NCBI RefSeq assembly: GCF_902652985.1
Contig: NC_047029.1
Span: 7,192,001 to 7,256,000 of the forward strand
Direction of reading: 5' to 3'
Length of the DNA: 64,000 nt
Source of the DNA: Pecten maximus
Taxonomy: Eukaryota
In this document: positions 14,421-26,617 of the stretch, one piece after another
Layout: each line of letters begins with the position of its first letter
How positions within the stretch are numbered: the stretch's first letter is position 1
Made by a program: the position numbers and the translations under genes
The notes under the pieces: model-generated
Told to the model about the DNA's origin: nothing
Databases searched by the model: none
The model's input: the letters and a program-made list of their open reading frames with translations, nothing else

Positions 14421-15362
14421 GTGACGGGCCTCCCGTGTGTTGGCCATTGAGGTAGTCACTTGTGACGGTCCTCCCGTGTGTTGGCCATTGAGGTAGTCAC
14501 TTGTGACGGGCCTCCCGTGTGTTGGCCATTGAGGTAGTCACTTGTGACGGGCCTCCCGTGTGTTGCTCATTGAGGTAGTCACTTGTGACGGGCCTCCCGT
14601 GTGTTGGCCATTGAGGTAGTCACTTGTGACGGGCCTCCCGTGTGTTGCTCATTGAGGTAGTCACTTGTGATGGGCCTCCAGTGTGTTGCTCATTGAGGTA
14701 GTCACTAGTGACGGGCCTCCCGTGTGTTGGCCATTGAGGTAGTCACTTGTGACGGGCCTCCCGTGTGTTGTTCATTGAGGTAGTCACTTGTGACGGGCCT
14801 CCCGTGTGTTGTTCATTGAGGTAGTCACTTGTGACGGGCCTCCCGTGTGTTGGCCATTGAGGTAGTCACTTGTGACGGTCCTCCCGTGTGTTGCTCATTG
14901 AGGTAGTCACTAGTGACGGGCCTCCCGTGTGTTGCTCATTGAGGTAGTCACTTGTGACGGGCCTCCCGTGTGTTGCTCATTGAGGTAGTCACTTGTGACG
15001 GGCCTCCCGTGTGTTGGCCATTGAGGTAGTCACTTGTGACGGGCCTCCCGTGTGTTGCTCATTGAGGTAGTCACTTGTGACGGACCTCCCGTGTGTTGCT
15101 CATTGAGGTAGTCACTTGTGACGGGCCTCCCGTGTGTTGCTCATTGAGGTAGTCACTTGTGACGGGCCTCCCGTGTGTTGCTCATTGAGGTAGTCACTTG
15201 TGACGGGCCTCCCGTGTGTTGCTCATTGAGGTAGTCACTTGTGACGGGCCTCCCGTGTGTTGCTCATTGAGGTAGTCACTTGTGACGGGCCTCCCGTGTG
15301 TTGCTCATTGAGGTAGTCACTTGTGACGGGCCTCCCGTGTGTTGCTCATTGAGGTAGTCACT
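14421..15362. repeat. 41-bp minisatellite (GTGACGGGCCTCCCGTGTGTTGGCCATTGAGGTAGTCACTT), 23 copies, abutting a CORE-SINE-like motif
   Basis: Tandem periodicity; preceded by TGTGTCCTTGGACAAGACA, which resembles the CORE-SINE central motif. Confidence 0.93.
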
Positions 15363-16285
15363 ATCTACTACAACTGGTAACATTATGAAAACCTTAATGG
15401 ATATACTACAGTTGTAGTTATAGAAACTAATCCAGGTTTGAACTGGTAATTAGTAGACATATTAACTACGTGTCTGCGTTGTTGCATTTAACATCAAAGC
15501 CCCCACGAGATAAAAGATGTCTTGTAATCACGAATCATTTAAATATTTATGCCGTTACATCAACATAAATGCGACATTTCAAACGCCACTAAAGCTATAT
15601 TGGTACCACAGGGACTCACTTCAATACGACTCGCAAACGCTAAAACGAAAATTAAAATTGGATTTTCCGTCTATCTGATAAAATCATTGACTTCGGTGGC
15701 TTTAGATTCTGAAACTTGTATTATAGCAAGATTTTCATGATTGTTCAGACATCGTGTGTCATTCCTGACCAAACAAGTCCTCTGTATATATAATGTACGA
15801 CCTGACATCACAATCTGTTTTAAACATCTGCATGTGACATAATATCGTTAGCCAGTCTCCAGTGACACACATCCTACGGAGAGACGTTTTCGCTGAAGAA
15901 GAAGACCTTACACAGGACGTATTTCAAACCGGTTTGGTCTGGTTTTGTGGTGTTTTATGTCCAATTAAGAAAAAAAAAAGACCGGTGTCCACAAATGATG
16001 AGGCTCATTAACATATTCAGCATCAATTACGTTTATGATGGGCCACTAACGGATGATTTTACATTGAAATACCACTTCTGGACAACCCACCAGACTTAAA
16101 AATTTCCTGAGGAAGGCATTTCAGTATTTAAGGGGAAATCTGAGTGAAGGAACCTCCTTTATATCCTGAAAGTCCAAAAGCTAAGCCCATCACCCAGCAA
16201 TCACTACGGACTTAAAAAACGTCTTACTGAATAATACATACAGTGTAGGTCTTAACGTGAATATTAAACTGTACCATACAATAGA

Positions 16286-16578
16286 TTCGTCCTTCTAGGA
16301 CTTATCAGTGATGCTATAGGGACATTATACAGCTGTGTCGCCCCTCTAGGACTCGTCAGTGATGTTAGGGACATCACACAGCTGTGTCGCCCTTCTAGGA
16401 CTCGTCAGTGATTCTAGGGACATCACATCTGTTTCGCCTTTCTAGGACTCATCAGTGATATCAGGGACATCATACAGCTGTTTCGCCCTTCTAGGACTTG
16501 TCAGCGATGCTAGAGATATCATACAGCTGTTCGTCCTTCTTGGACTCGTCAGTGATGTTAGGGACATCATACAGCTGT
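16286..16578 (-). ncRNA. Tandem array of ~6 minimal hammerhead ribozyme motifs (49-bp unit)
   Basis: Minus-strand consensus ACATCA-CTGACGA-GTCC(TAGAA)GGRC-GAAA-CAGCTG-TA-TGATGT: stem I, CUGANGA, stem II, GAAA, palindromic stem III, GUA cleavage triplet. Confidence 0.8.
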
Positions 16579-16665
16579 GACCCATACATTTTCACGCCCG
16601 GTCGGGGAATCGAACCCCGGCCGCCTAGGTGAAAGGCAAGTGTGTTACCACTATGCCACCCGACC
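16579..16665 (-). mobile_element. tRNA-Glu(TTC)-derived SINE head / Pol III promoter
   Basis: GGTCGGGTGGCATAGTGGTAACACACTTGCCTTTCACCTAGGCGGCCGGGGTTCGATTCCCCGACC: A box TGGCATAGTGG, B box GGTTCGATTCC; anticodon stem poorly paired, so not a functional tRNA. Confidence 0.8.
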
Positions 16666-17909
16666 ATCCTAATAATTGGAAGCAGGACATACTGATTAGA
16701 ATACTATTTTAGTAAATAGCATAAAACAATTGCTTGATAATTATTTTGATAAATTACTGAAGTTTTCTCTACAACTAATGCTGAAAAAAAGTCATATCAC
16801 AGGCTCATGGGACCTTTTAAAATTTTCAAACATACGTCATGGGTTGTTTCTTAGACTGCTACAAATAACACCTAATTATGTCCAAATTGGTGTGTGTGGG
16901 CAAGTTCTATTGTTCCACTAACACATCATTACAGCTTTTCCTGATACAAAGATACGCAAGGCGCAGGTGATGAGGGGTCGTAATAGCTGTTCTACAATGA
17001 GCAAAAGGGTGAACCAAAGAATACCTAATTGAAGTAGAAATAAGAAAAAGATGTGATCCGTTATCGGCCAGCAACAGTGCAAAGTCGTGTCAGTGCGTCT
17101 TTGGTTCCGTGTAGATTAGCATTGTCTTACTCAAACATACAAACAGCACTTTTATTTATTCAGTACTATTGGTTCCCAGATGTATGACTTTAAATTAGAT
17201 TGTCAATATAGATATCACTGTGTAAACTGTAGACATCGCACTGTCACTCTCCTCCCCCGGTAAGTCATCATGGCTGTAGTCTTCATTTTGTCACTGGTGT
17301 ATGTTGCCTTGAGAAAAGTCAAAATAATGATTAACGTAATGATTCACAGGAGGCTAGCTTTCGTATTCCTGAGCGTTTTAAAAGTCTCGTCTCGACTGCT
17401 GTCAACACCGAAAACCGAGTTGGGTAGAGTATCTGTACAAATCCAGTGTTGTAGCAATCCCAATTCTTTATTAGTGTTGAGAGTATACTTCTCATCGGCA
17501 TCATACATATACAATTACATGAAATATAATTCAAGTAGACCATCTGAGTTGGGTAGGATATCTGTAACAAGGTCTCCAGTATTGTAGATTTATGTATCCC
17601 TTTTGTTTATCAAATCATCGTCTCCCCAGTTGCCCACATGAACTTGATCCAAACTCACTTCGTCCTTATACATTCAGAAATGGTACCCGATATTCGCTTT
17701 CCATATACATATATTTACATTTGTTCCGCATTTCCCCATTGACACAATGCTAAGAGGCAGTTGCCACCATACGCCTATAACACCCAGTGCCTCAGGCTAT
17801 AACACCCAGTGGGTTATGTGACATTACAAAAGGCGGGATTTTTTTTTTTTTTTTTTTTGTTGGTTCAGTTTTTTTCAAAGTTGACAGAAATGGCAAGACA
17901 ATGTAAATA

Positions 17910-18090
17910 TAAGTATTGAACAGTGGTTTTAATGTTGTTATAGTCGATATGGCAGCAAGATGTATGGTGGGCAAATGGCATGGGAACCCGTTTAGCATGG
18001 AAACCCTAACGGGTCCCCATGCCATTTGCCCACCATACATCTTGCTGCCATATCGACAATAACAACATTAAAGCAACTGTCCATTGCTTA
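17910..18090. repeat. Long fold-back palindrome (~180 bp)
   Basis: GTCGATATGGCAGCAAGATGTATGGTGGGCAAATGGCATGGG vs CCCATGCCATTTGCCCACCATACATCTTGCTGCCATATCGAC; TAAG...CTTA ends. Confidence 0.88.
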
Positions 18091-18978
18091 AATATATGTA
18101 TCTCCACAAGATCTGGTAAGAAACAAATATCATCTTTCCCAGCTCCACAAGTACACTCAGGATGCTATAGCGTGTCAACATCATCTATAGTAAGGGGCTA
18201 GTCTCCCTTATAGGGGTGTCAGTACTGTACATATCCCCCGGGATCCGTGGGAAGATCTTAACTTACGTTTTCACTACATCGCTTTTAATGGAAAAGTTCT
18301 TCAAAGAAGCCATGATTTGATATAAAGCCATATTATCTACACTATCATCTGTCTATACATAAGAATCGACAATGAACGTGTTCACTCGGGAGTGAATGGG
18401 TAGATAAGGTTTTCAAAATGTTTTGTCTTTTTAAAAAAAATTGTCGACCAGGATGAAAACCCTATACATGGTTCATCATAGTTCGCACGTATCCTGCCCC
18501 CGAGAATTTGTATCTAGCTCAATCGATTTTTACCTTTTACACATTGCTTAATGTAAATGATAGTTGTTTCATTAATTAATTAAAATTCCAGCATGCACAT
18601 GTACTCAAGTGATATTGCATCTTTTGAAATTTTAGATGCCGTTTAAAAAGTGAAATGTGTTGCCGAGATATGATGTACAGCATCTAACAAGGCCTGCTAG
18701 CAGAAAGCATTTACATTTGATAAGCTAAGATGTTTATTATATTTTCCAGTCATTCTCGTTCCAGAACGAAAATTCGGCCCATCGCAACTGAAAGCATTTT
18801 GGCATGAAGGCCCAAAAAAGTTTAGAAGTCAACGAGAAAAGGGATAAGAAAAGGAGAAGAAAGAATTAGACGTCGTCATATTGTAACACCGTGTGCTCCC
18901 CGGATGAATTTAATGGAATGTGGGTTTTGAGGAGCTATCAGGATGTCTGAAAGCAGTCTTGAACACAGCCTTACTTAC

Positions 18979-19014
18979 ATTGTTTTTCTTCTTAAGAACC
19001 CGAAATCACCGAAG
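18979..19014 (-). CDS. Putative 36-nt micro-exon (FGDFGFLRRKT, ending in the AT of a split ATG)
   Basis: cactctttcag|CTTC...ACAAT|gtaagtaa, near-consensus sites; only the phase-2 frame is open. Confidence 0.55.
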
Positions 19015-19379
19015 CTGAAAGAGTGCATTCACTATATTATGATGAGATTTTCATTTACTAGGACCTGCTTTCGACGATAGAAATGTATCCTTGTAAAACA
19101 CGTTATCCCATTGGTTAACCAATATCCGATAGGGTCAGTTTACCGCAAGACTATGTTTTCAATTTATCAATGTTCAGCTTACCATTTCTTTATAGTTAGA
19201 TCTCTGTTTCCCCAACCTAAGGTATCCACCACAGTTGATTCTAGTGAGAGGCACGTGCCCATTTCCGTAATGGATGTCGAGTGGTGACAAAAATTCAACA
19301 CGGACGCGGAAAATAAGGGCTGATGAAGACCATATGAATTTTGAAGGTCAACATCACGATGTCATACAAGTCTACATGT

Positions 19380-19990
19380 ATTTCCTTTCCTGACATGAAA
19401 GGCGTATTTGACACTTGTTGATATGCCTAATGGTTCTGTTGTCTCTGCCATTTCTCTTGTTTAAAATTGTGACTTAACACGGATTTGACCTAAATTTGTA
19501 AGGATGAAACAGAAGACGCTTACTACCCTGGGGCACGCGGTCTATATTATCTTTGTACCTTTTCATGAGTTTCCATGGAAATATATATTTTCTTTATGAT
19601 TTGTCCACGTTTAATCGTTTTTGTGTTTAAATTACAGCTTTATTATTATGTCGGTATTCTTTGCTGTTTTTGTTGAGTTCAGTAGAAATAACGTTCCAGC
19701 CGTCTACACTTTGGCCCTCTATCGACTGACTTTTCGTCCTGACATGATGTTGGATTCATCAAAGCCCTTATCAAGACAGCTTTAGTGAGTTTTCCCTCGA
19801 TTCTTTCAGATATATCGACGACTTATTGGTTTTAAATGAGAAATTTATTGACAACGCCGATAACATATATTACCTGAGCATGAAATCAATGTCACTACGG
19901 ACTTCATCAGTTGTCTACATATATACTTACTTACAACATATCAGACAGGAAGTGTTTATTTCTTACCTTGATGATACCTTTTATTGAAAT
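19380..19990 (+). mobile_element. Decayed Penelope-like retroelement fragments (3' region and RT YIDD block)
   Basis: FRYIDDLLVLN at ~19805-19837; 19390-19540 homologous to 29575-29700 (GATTTGACCTA...GAAGACGCTTAC). Confidence 0.6.
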
Positions 19991-21193
19991 CGAAATCACT
20001 TCTAACATTACCTATTGGAGCTGGCTTGATACATGACGTGCCGTGATAGACGGCATCTGTTCAAACTTACAATACTTAGATTCGAGAGTTGCGGGTTGAT
20101 GAATTTTGCTGACGGTTTTTACTGCCGTCATCTTGGAATTTAAGGTATATACCATATGCCCTTATATGGTATGATGATATAGGTCAAACTTACATTATTG
20201 CGGCTTTGGGCTTACTAACTAGAAAGACAAATCATGATCTGCATCTGTGGTCGAAGTAAAGCCAAAAGGCTACTCTCCTGAGAAACATTGTTGTTTTTTA
20301 AATCTAATATATCTGAATATGGTTTTCCTCACTTTCCCCATTCTTTGAGAGAAGATATGTCATTTAGTCTTTGGCATTGAACACCATGGTAGTCATTATT
20401 ATTGGGACATTGCGTTTGCGTTCCATTACAAAGTACTTCAAGCTTATAATTGTTTTAAGTCTAGTTTTATGTATTTATGTATTAAAAATGTCTTTAAAAA
20501 TAAAAAAAATATTTTAAAAAAGTCTAGTTTTTTGTCTATATGTAGGGGCTCGCATGTATCCTGTTTTATGACATTGCATGTGCTCAATGAGCTGTGACAC
20601 TCCGACTACCAGTCTGCACGCTAGTGCGCATGTCCTAAGGTTTCATCGGTGTGAATTTCTCACCTGATTGTGATATGGCCATTATAGGCAGTATAAACCA
20701 GGGGCGACACAGATGATCAAAAAATTATCCACAGCCATGGCAAAATAAAGTAATTCAAAAAAAGGAAAAAAATTCTGACGAAGATAGAATGATATTCCTT
20801 GTTGGGAAGTAAGGCGTTTGGTGTGATTACGTGTACAGCGCTGATCGGTGCCCACAGGGGCTTTGTTAGCTGTATCGAGGATAAAAACACTAAAGTGTTC
20901 GTCTCACAATTGAAGTTGTCATGTGGTCCCTAGAAGCTATTTTTCATTAGATGTTTCCGAGAGTCGGTAAAATGTAGCCAGACACAAGAAGACGTCGATA
21001 CAAGTTTTAAAAAATGTATGTTGCAAGGTTTTGTCAGTTATCACTGAAAAGTTTACATAAACAATGCGTGTTCAGATTAACGAGTTCAGAAGTTTAGAAC
21101 TCTGATGTAATGATATTCTCCGGGAAATGTTTGTGGTCAATTTATGCCGAGATATTTAGTAAGCCTACATAATTCGTTTCCTGGTGTTTGAAG

Positions 21194-24100
21194 GTATACC
21201 TATAATGTGATATTGTCTGATGGTAAACCTGTAGTGTGATACACTGTCTGATGGTATACCTGTAGTGTGATACACTGTCTGATGGTATACCTGTAGTGTG
21301 ATACACTGTCTGATGGTATACCTGTAGTGTGATACACTGTCTGATGGTATACCTGTAGTGTGATACACTGTCTGATGGTATACCTGTAGTGTGATACACT
21401 GTCTGATGGTATACCTGTAGTGTGATACACTGTCTGATGGTATACCTTTAGTGTGATAGTGTCTGATGGTATACCTGTAGTGTTATAGTGTCTGATGGTA
21501 TACCTGTAGTGTGATACACTGTCTGATGGTATACCTGTAGTGTGATACACTGTCTGATGGTATACCTGTAGTGTGATACACTGTCTGATGGTATACCTGT
21601 AGTGTGATACACTGTCTGATGGTATACCTGTAGTGTGATACACTGTCTGATGGTATACCTGTAGTGTTATAGTGTCTGATGGTATACCTGTAGTGTGATA
21701 CACTGTCTGATGGTATACCTGTAGTGTGATACACTGTCTGATGGTATACCTGTAGTGTGATACACTGTCTGATGGTATACCTGTAGTGTGATACACTGTC
21801 TGATGGTATACCTGTAGTGTGATACACTGTCTGATGGTATACCTGTAGTGTTATAGTGTCTGATGGTATACCTGTAGTGTGATACACTGTCTGATGGTAT
21901 ACCTGTAGTGTGATACACTGTCTGATGGTATACCTGTAGTGTTATAGTGTCTGATGGTATACCTGTAGTGTGATACACTGTCTGATGGTATACCTGTAGT
22001 GTGATACACTGTCTGATGGTATACCTGTAGTGTGATACACTGGCTGATGGTATACCTGTAGTGTGATACACTGTATGATGGTATACCTGTAGTGTGATAC
22101 AGTGTCTGATGGTATACCTGTAGTGTGATACAGTGTATGATGATATACCTGTAGTGTGATACAGTGTATGATGATATACCTGTAGTGTGATACACTGTCT
22201 GATGGTATACCTGTAGTATGATACACTGTCTGATGGTATACCTGTAGTGTGATAGTGTCTGATGGTATACCTGTAGTGTGATACACTGTCTGATGGTATA
22301 CCTGTAGTGTGATAGTGTCTGATGGTATACCTGTAGTGTGATACACTGTCTGATGGTATACCTGTAGTGTGATACACTGTCTGATGGTATACCTGTAGTG
22401 TGATACACTGTCTGATGGCATACCTGTAGTGTGGTACACTGTCTGATGGTATACCTGTAGTGTGATACACTGTCTGATGGTATACCTGTAGTGTGATAGT
22501 GTGTGATGGTATACCTGTAGTGTGATACACTGTCTGATGGTATACCTGTAGTGTGATAGTGTCTGATGGTATACCTGTAGTGTGATACAGTGTCTGATGG
22601 TATACCTGTAGTGTGATACACTGTCTGATGGTATACCTGTAGTATGATACACTGTCTGATGGTATACCTGTAGTGTGATACACTGGCTGATGGTATACCT
22701 GTAGTATGATACACTGGCTGATGGTATACCTGTAGTGTGATACACTGTCTGATGGTATACCTGTAGTGTGATACACTGGCTGATGGTATACCTGTAGTGT
22801 GATACACTGTCTGATGGTATACCTGTAGTGTGATACACTGTCTGATGGTATACCTGTAGTGTGATACACTGTCTGACGGTATACCTGTAGTGTGATACAC
22901 TGTCTGATGGTATACCTGTAGTGTGATACACTGTCTGATGGTATACCTGTAGTGTGATACACTGGCTGATGGTATACCTGTAGTGTGATACACTGTCTGA
23001 TGGTATACCTGTAGTGTGATACACTGTCTGATGGTATACCTGTAGTGTGATACACTGTCTGATGGTATACCTGTAGTGTGATACACTGTGTGATGGTATA
23101 CCTGTAGTGTTATAGTGTCTGATGGTATACCTGTAGTGTGATACACTGTCTGATGGTATACCTGTAGTGTGATACACTGTCTGATGGTATACCTGTAGTG
23201 TGATACACTGTCTGATGGTATACCTGTAGTGTGATACACTGTCTGATGGTATACCTGTAGTGTGATACACTGTCTGATGGTATACCTGTAGTGTTATAGT
23301 GTCTGATGGTATACCTGTAGTGTGATACACTGTCTGATGGTATACCTGTAGTGTGATACACTGTCTGATGGTATACCTGTAGTGTTATAGTGTCTGATGG
23401 TATACCTGTAGTGTGATACACTGTCTGATGGTATACCTGTAGTGTGATACACTGTCTGATGGTATACCTGTAGTGTGATACACTGGCTGATGGTATACCT
23501 GTAGTGTGATACACTGTCTGATGGTATACCTGTAGTGTGATACAGTGTCTGATGGTATACCTGTAGTGTGATACAGTGTATGATGATATACCTGTAGTGT
23601 GATACAGTGTATGATGATATACCTGTAGTGTGATACACTGTCTGATGGTATACCTGTAGTATGATACACTGTCTGATGGTATACCTGTAGTGTGATACAC
23701 TGTCTGATGGTATACCTGTAGTGTGATAGTGTCTGATGGTATACCTGTAGTGTGATACACTGTCTGATGGTATACCTGTAGTGTGATACACTGTCTGATG
23801 GTATACCTGTAGTGTGATACACTGTCTGATGGTATACCTGTAGTGTGGTACACTGTCTGATGGTATACCTGTAGTGTGATACACTGTCTGATGGTATACC
23901 TGTAGTGTGATAGTGTGTGATGGTATACCTGTAGTGTGATACACTGTCTGATGGTATACCTGTAGTGTGATAGTGTCTGATGGTATACCTGTAGTGTGAT
24001 ACAGTGTCTGATGGTATACCTGTAGTGTGATACACTGTCTGATGGTATACCTGTAGTATGATACACTGTCTGATGGTATACCTGTAGTGTGATACACTGG

Positions 24101-25340
24101 CTGATGGTATACCTGTAGTATGATACACTGGCTGATGGTATACCTGTAGTGTGATACACTGTCTGATGGTATACCTGTAGTGTGATACACTGGCTGATGG
24201 TATACCTGTAGTGTGATACACTGTCTGATGGTATACCTGTAGTGTGATACACTGTCTGATGGTATACCTGTAGTGTGATACACTGTCTGATGGTATACCT
24301 GTAGTGTGATACACTGGCTGATGGTATACCTGTAGTATGATACACTGGCTGATGGTATACCTGTAGTGTGATACACTGTCTGATGGTATACCTGTAGTGT
24401 GATACACTGGCTGATGGTATACCTGTAGTGTGATACACTGTCTGATGGTATACCTGTAGTGTGATACACTGTCTGATGGTATACCTGTAGTGTGATACAC
24501 TGGCTGATGGTATACCTGTAGTGTGATACACTGTCTGATGGTATACCTGTAGTGTGATACACTGTCTGATGGTATACCTGTAGTGTGATACACTGTCTGA
24601 TGGTATACCTGTAGTGTGATACAGTATCTGATGGTATACCTGTAGTGTGATACACTGTCTGATGGTATACCTGTAGTGTGATACACTGGCTGATGGTATA
24701 CCTGTAGTGTGATACACTGTCTGATGGTATACCTGTAGTGTGATAGTGTCTGATGGTATACCTGTAGTGTGATACAGTATCTGATGGTATACCTGTAGTG
24801 TGATACACTGTCTGATGGTATACCTGTAGTGTGATACACTGTCTGATGGTATACCTGTAGTGTGATACACTGTCTGATGGTATACCTGTAGTGTGATACA
24901 CTGTCTGATGGTATACCTGTAGTGTGATACACTGTCTGATGGTATACCTGTAGTGTGATACACTGTCTGATGGTATACCTGTAGTGTGATACACTGGCTG
25001 ATGGTATACCTGTAGTGTGATAGTGTATGATGGTATGACTGTAGTGTGATACACTGTCTGATGGTATACCTGTAGTGTGATACACTGTCTGATGGTATAC
25101 CTGTAGTGTGATACACTGTCTGATGGTATACCTGTAGTGTGATACACTGTCTGATGGTATACCTATAATGTGATACTGTCTGATGGTATACCTGTAGTGT
25201 GATACACTGTCTGATGGTATACCTGTAGTGTGATACACTGTCTGATGGTATACCTGTAGTGTGATACACTGTCTGATGGTATACCTGTAGTGTGATAGTG
25301 TCTGATGGTATACCTGTAGTGTGAAACAGTGTCTGATAGT
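21194..25340. repeat. 31-bp (29-bp variant) minisatellite (TGATGGTATACCTGTAGTGTGATACACTGTC), ~134 copies
   Basis: Tandem periodicity; source of all YHTTGIPSD ORFs. Confidence 0.97.
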
Positions 25341-26596
25341 ATGACTGCTAATATCAAAATTAATATGAAATACTAGAATTGTCCCTCCCATGTTGTAGAG
25401 TACCGGGGCGTGGTTCAGTTCTGTTTTGAGCACATTTGGCAGACAACCGTCTTCAATATGTTCTGGGCGCGGTATTACGTCCCTTTAGTAGCGTTCTTTT
25501 CCGGAGTAATTATACGTTGTAGAACGCCCCCTTTTCTGACGAACTTGTAACTACATAATTTTAATATCATTTTTATAATCCACTATAATGGAAAATTTGA
25601 ACAAATTGATTCTGTGGATTCTATTTGTGCACTATTGTCACATATTGCCGTGGTTCCTGCCGGGGCGTGCACATCCTTGGCGCCTTTGTTAACGTCCGCT
25701 AATATTTGTATTGGTAATAATTTGGGGTTTTGTCGGTTACAACATTGTCCTCGAAAGACGTAATAATACCCATGGTCGGTGATTACCACAGGAAAGGCAA
25801 TGTTAAGGATTCCGCCCGTTTGTTTTCAAAGCCATTCAACTACACCTAGTTCATTCATTGTCAAGAAGTCACAATGCATTTTTTCGCTAACAAAAGACTG
25901 GAATGTTTGTAAAATATAAAAGTATTGCTTGATGTATGATGGCCTAGATCGACTCCATTCGTATGAAAATTATCCTCTCGTTATGTAGACCAACTGTGAT
26001 TCTACGTAAACATTTCGTGTATAAGGAACGGTTCGTCTTATTTCACTACCTTACATACTACATACAAAGGTGTATTATATACTAGGCAGATTCTGCCTCA
26101 TTTGTAATAGATTTTCGTACTGAATTTGAATCTGGCACGACATTTTTTGTAATCATGCCGATGATCGAGTCCCTTTACCGAGAATAAAGAACGATAAATT
26201 GCCGCGGTAGATTTTAATCATAAGAACTGCAACTACAAAATGTAGGCAAGTACAACAGATTGACATACATAACGTCCTAAAACATTAAATAGAGATTAGT
26301 AAATAAACATGTCAATCTCACCAGTCTCACCACTGGGACAAGTATTGTAATAAAATCGTGGTGTCATTGATTATCGCAGTACTACACAACCCCCACCCCA
26401 TCCCCCTGAATAACGGACCTTCATTACTTTTGTAAATGACAGGAAAGGAACAGTTTACGCCAACATTTTAATTCCATCTAATTGATGTTCGTCAAGATTG
26501 CAAATTTAAAATGAAACAATACGTTGTAATTATCCCAAGACGTGACGGGAATACGAAAGCTTCAGTAGAATAGCCACGCCCATCTGAGCCCCGTAC

Positions 26597-26617
26597 CTCC
26601 GGCGCGGGAAACGATCC
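26597..26617 (-). CDS. Putative 21-nt micro-exon (DRFPRR)
   Basis: atttcgttttgcag|GGATCGTTTCCCGCGCCGGAG|gtacgg; phase 2-2, in frame with the 18979 exon. Confidence 0.45.

Noticed and set aside
14421-15362. CRISPR-like appearance of palindromic repeats (also the other arrays)
   Set aside because: Units are head-to-tail with no unique spacers, no cas genes, eukaryotic context
16590-16665. Functional tRNA-Glu gene
   Set aside because: Anticodon and acceptor stems mispaired and no adjacent T-run terminator; fits a SINE head
21142-25433. Many long minus-strand ORFs (YHTTGIPSD...)
   Set aside because: The 31-bp unit cycles through all frames; satellite artefact
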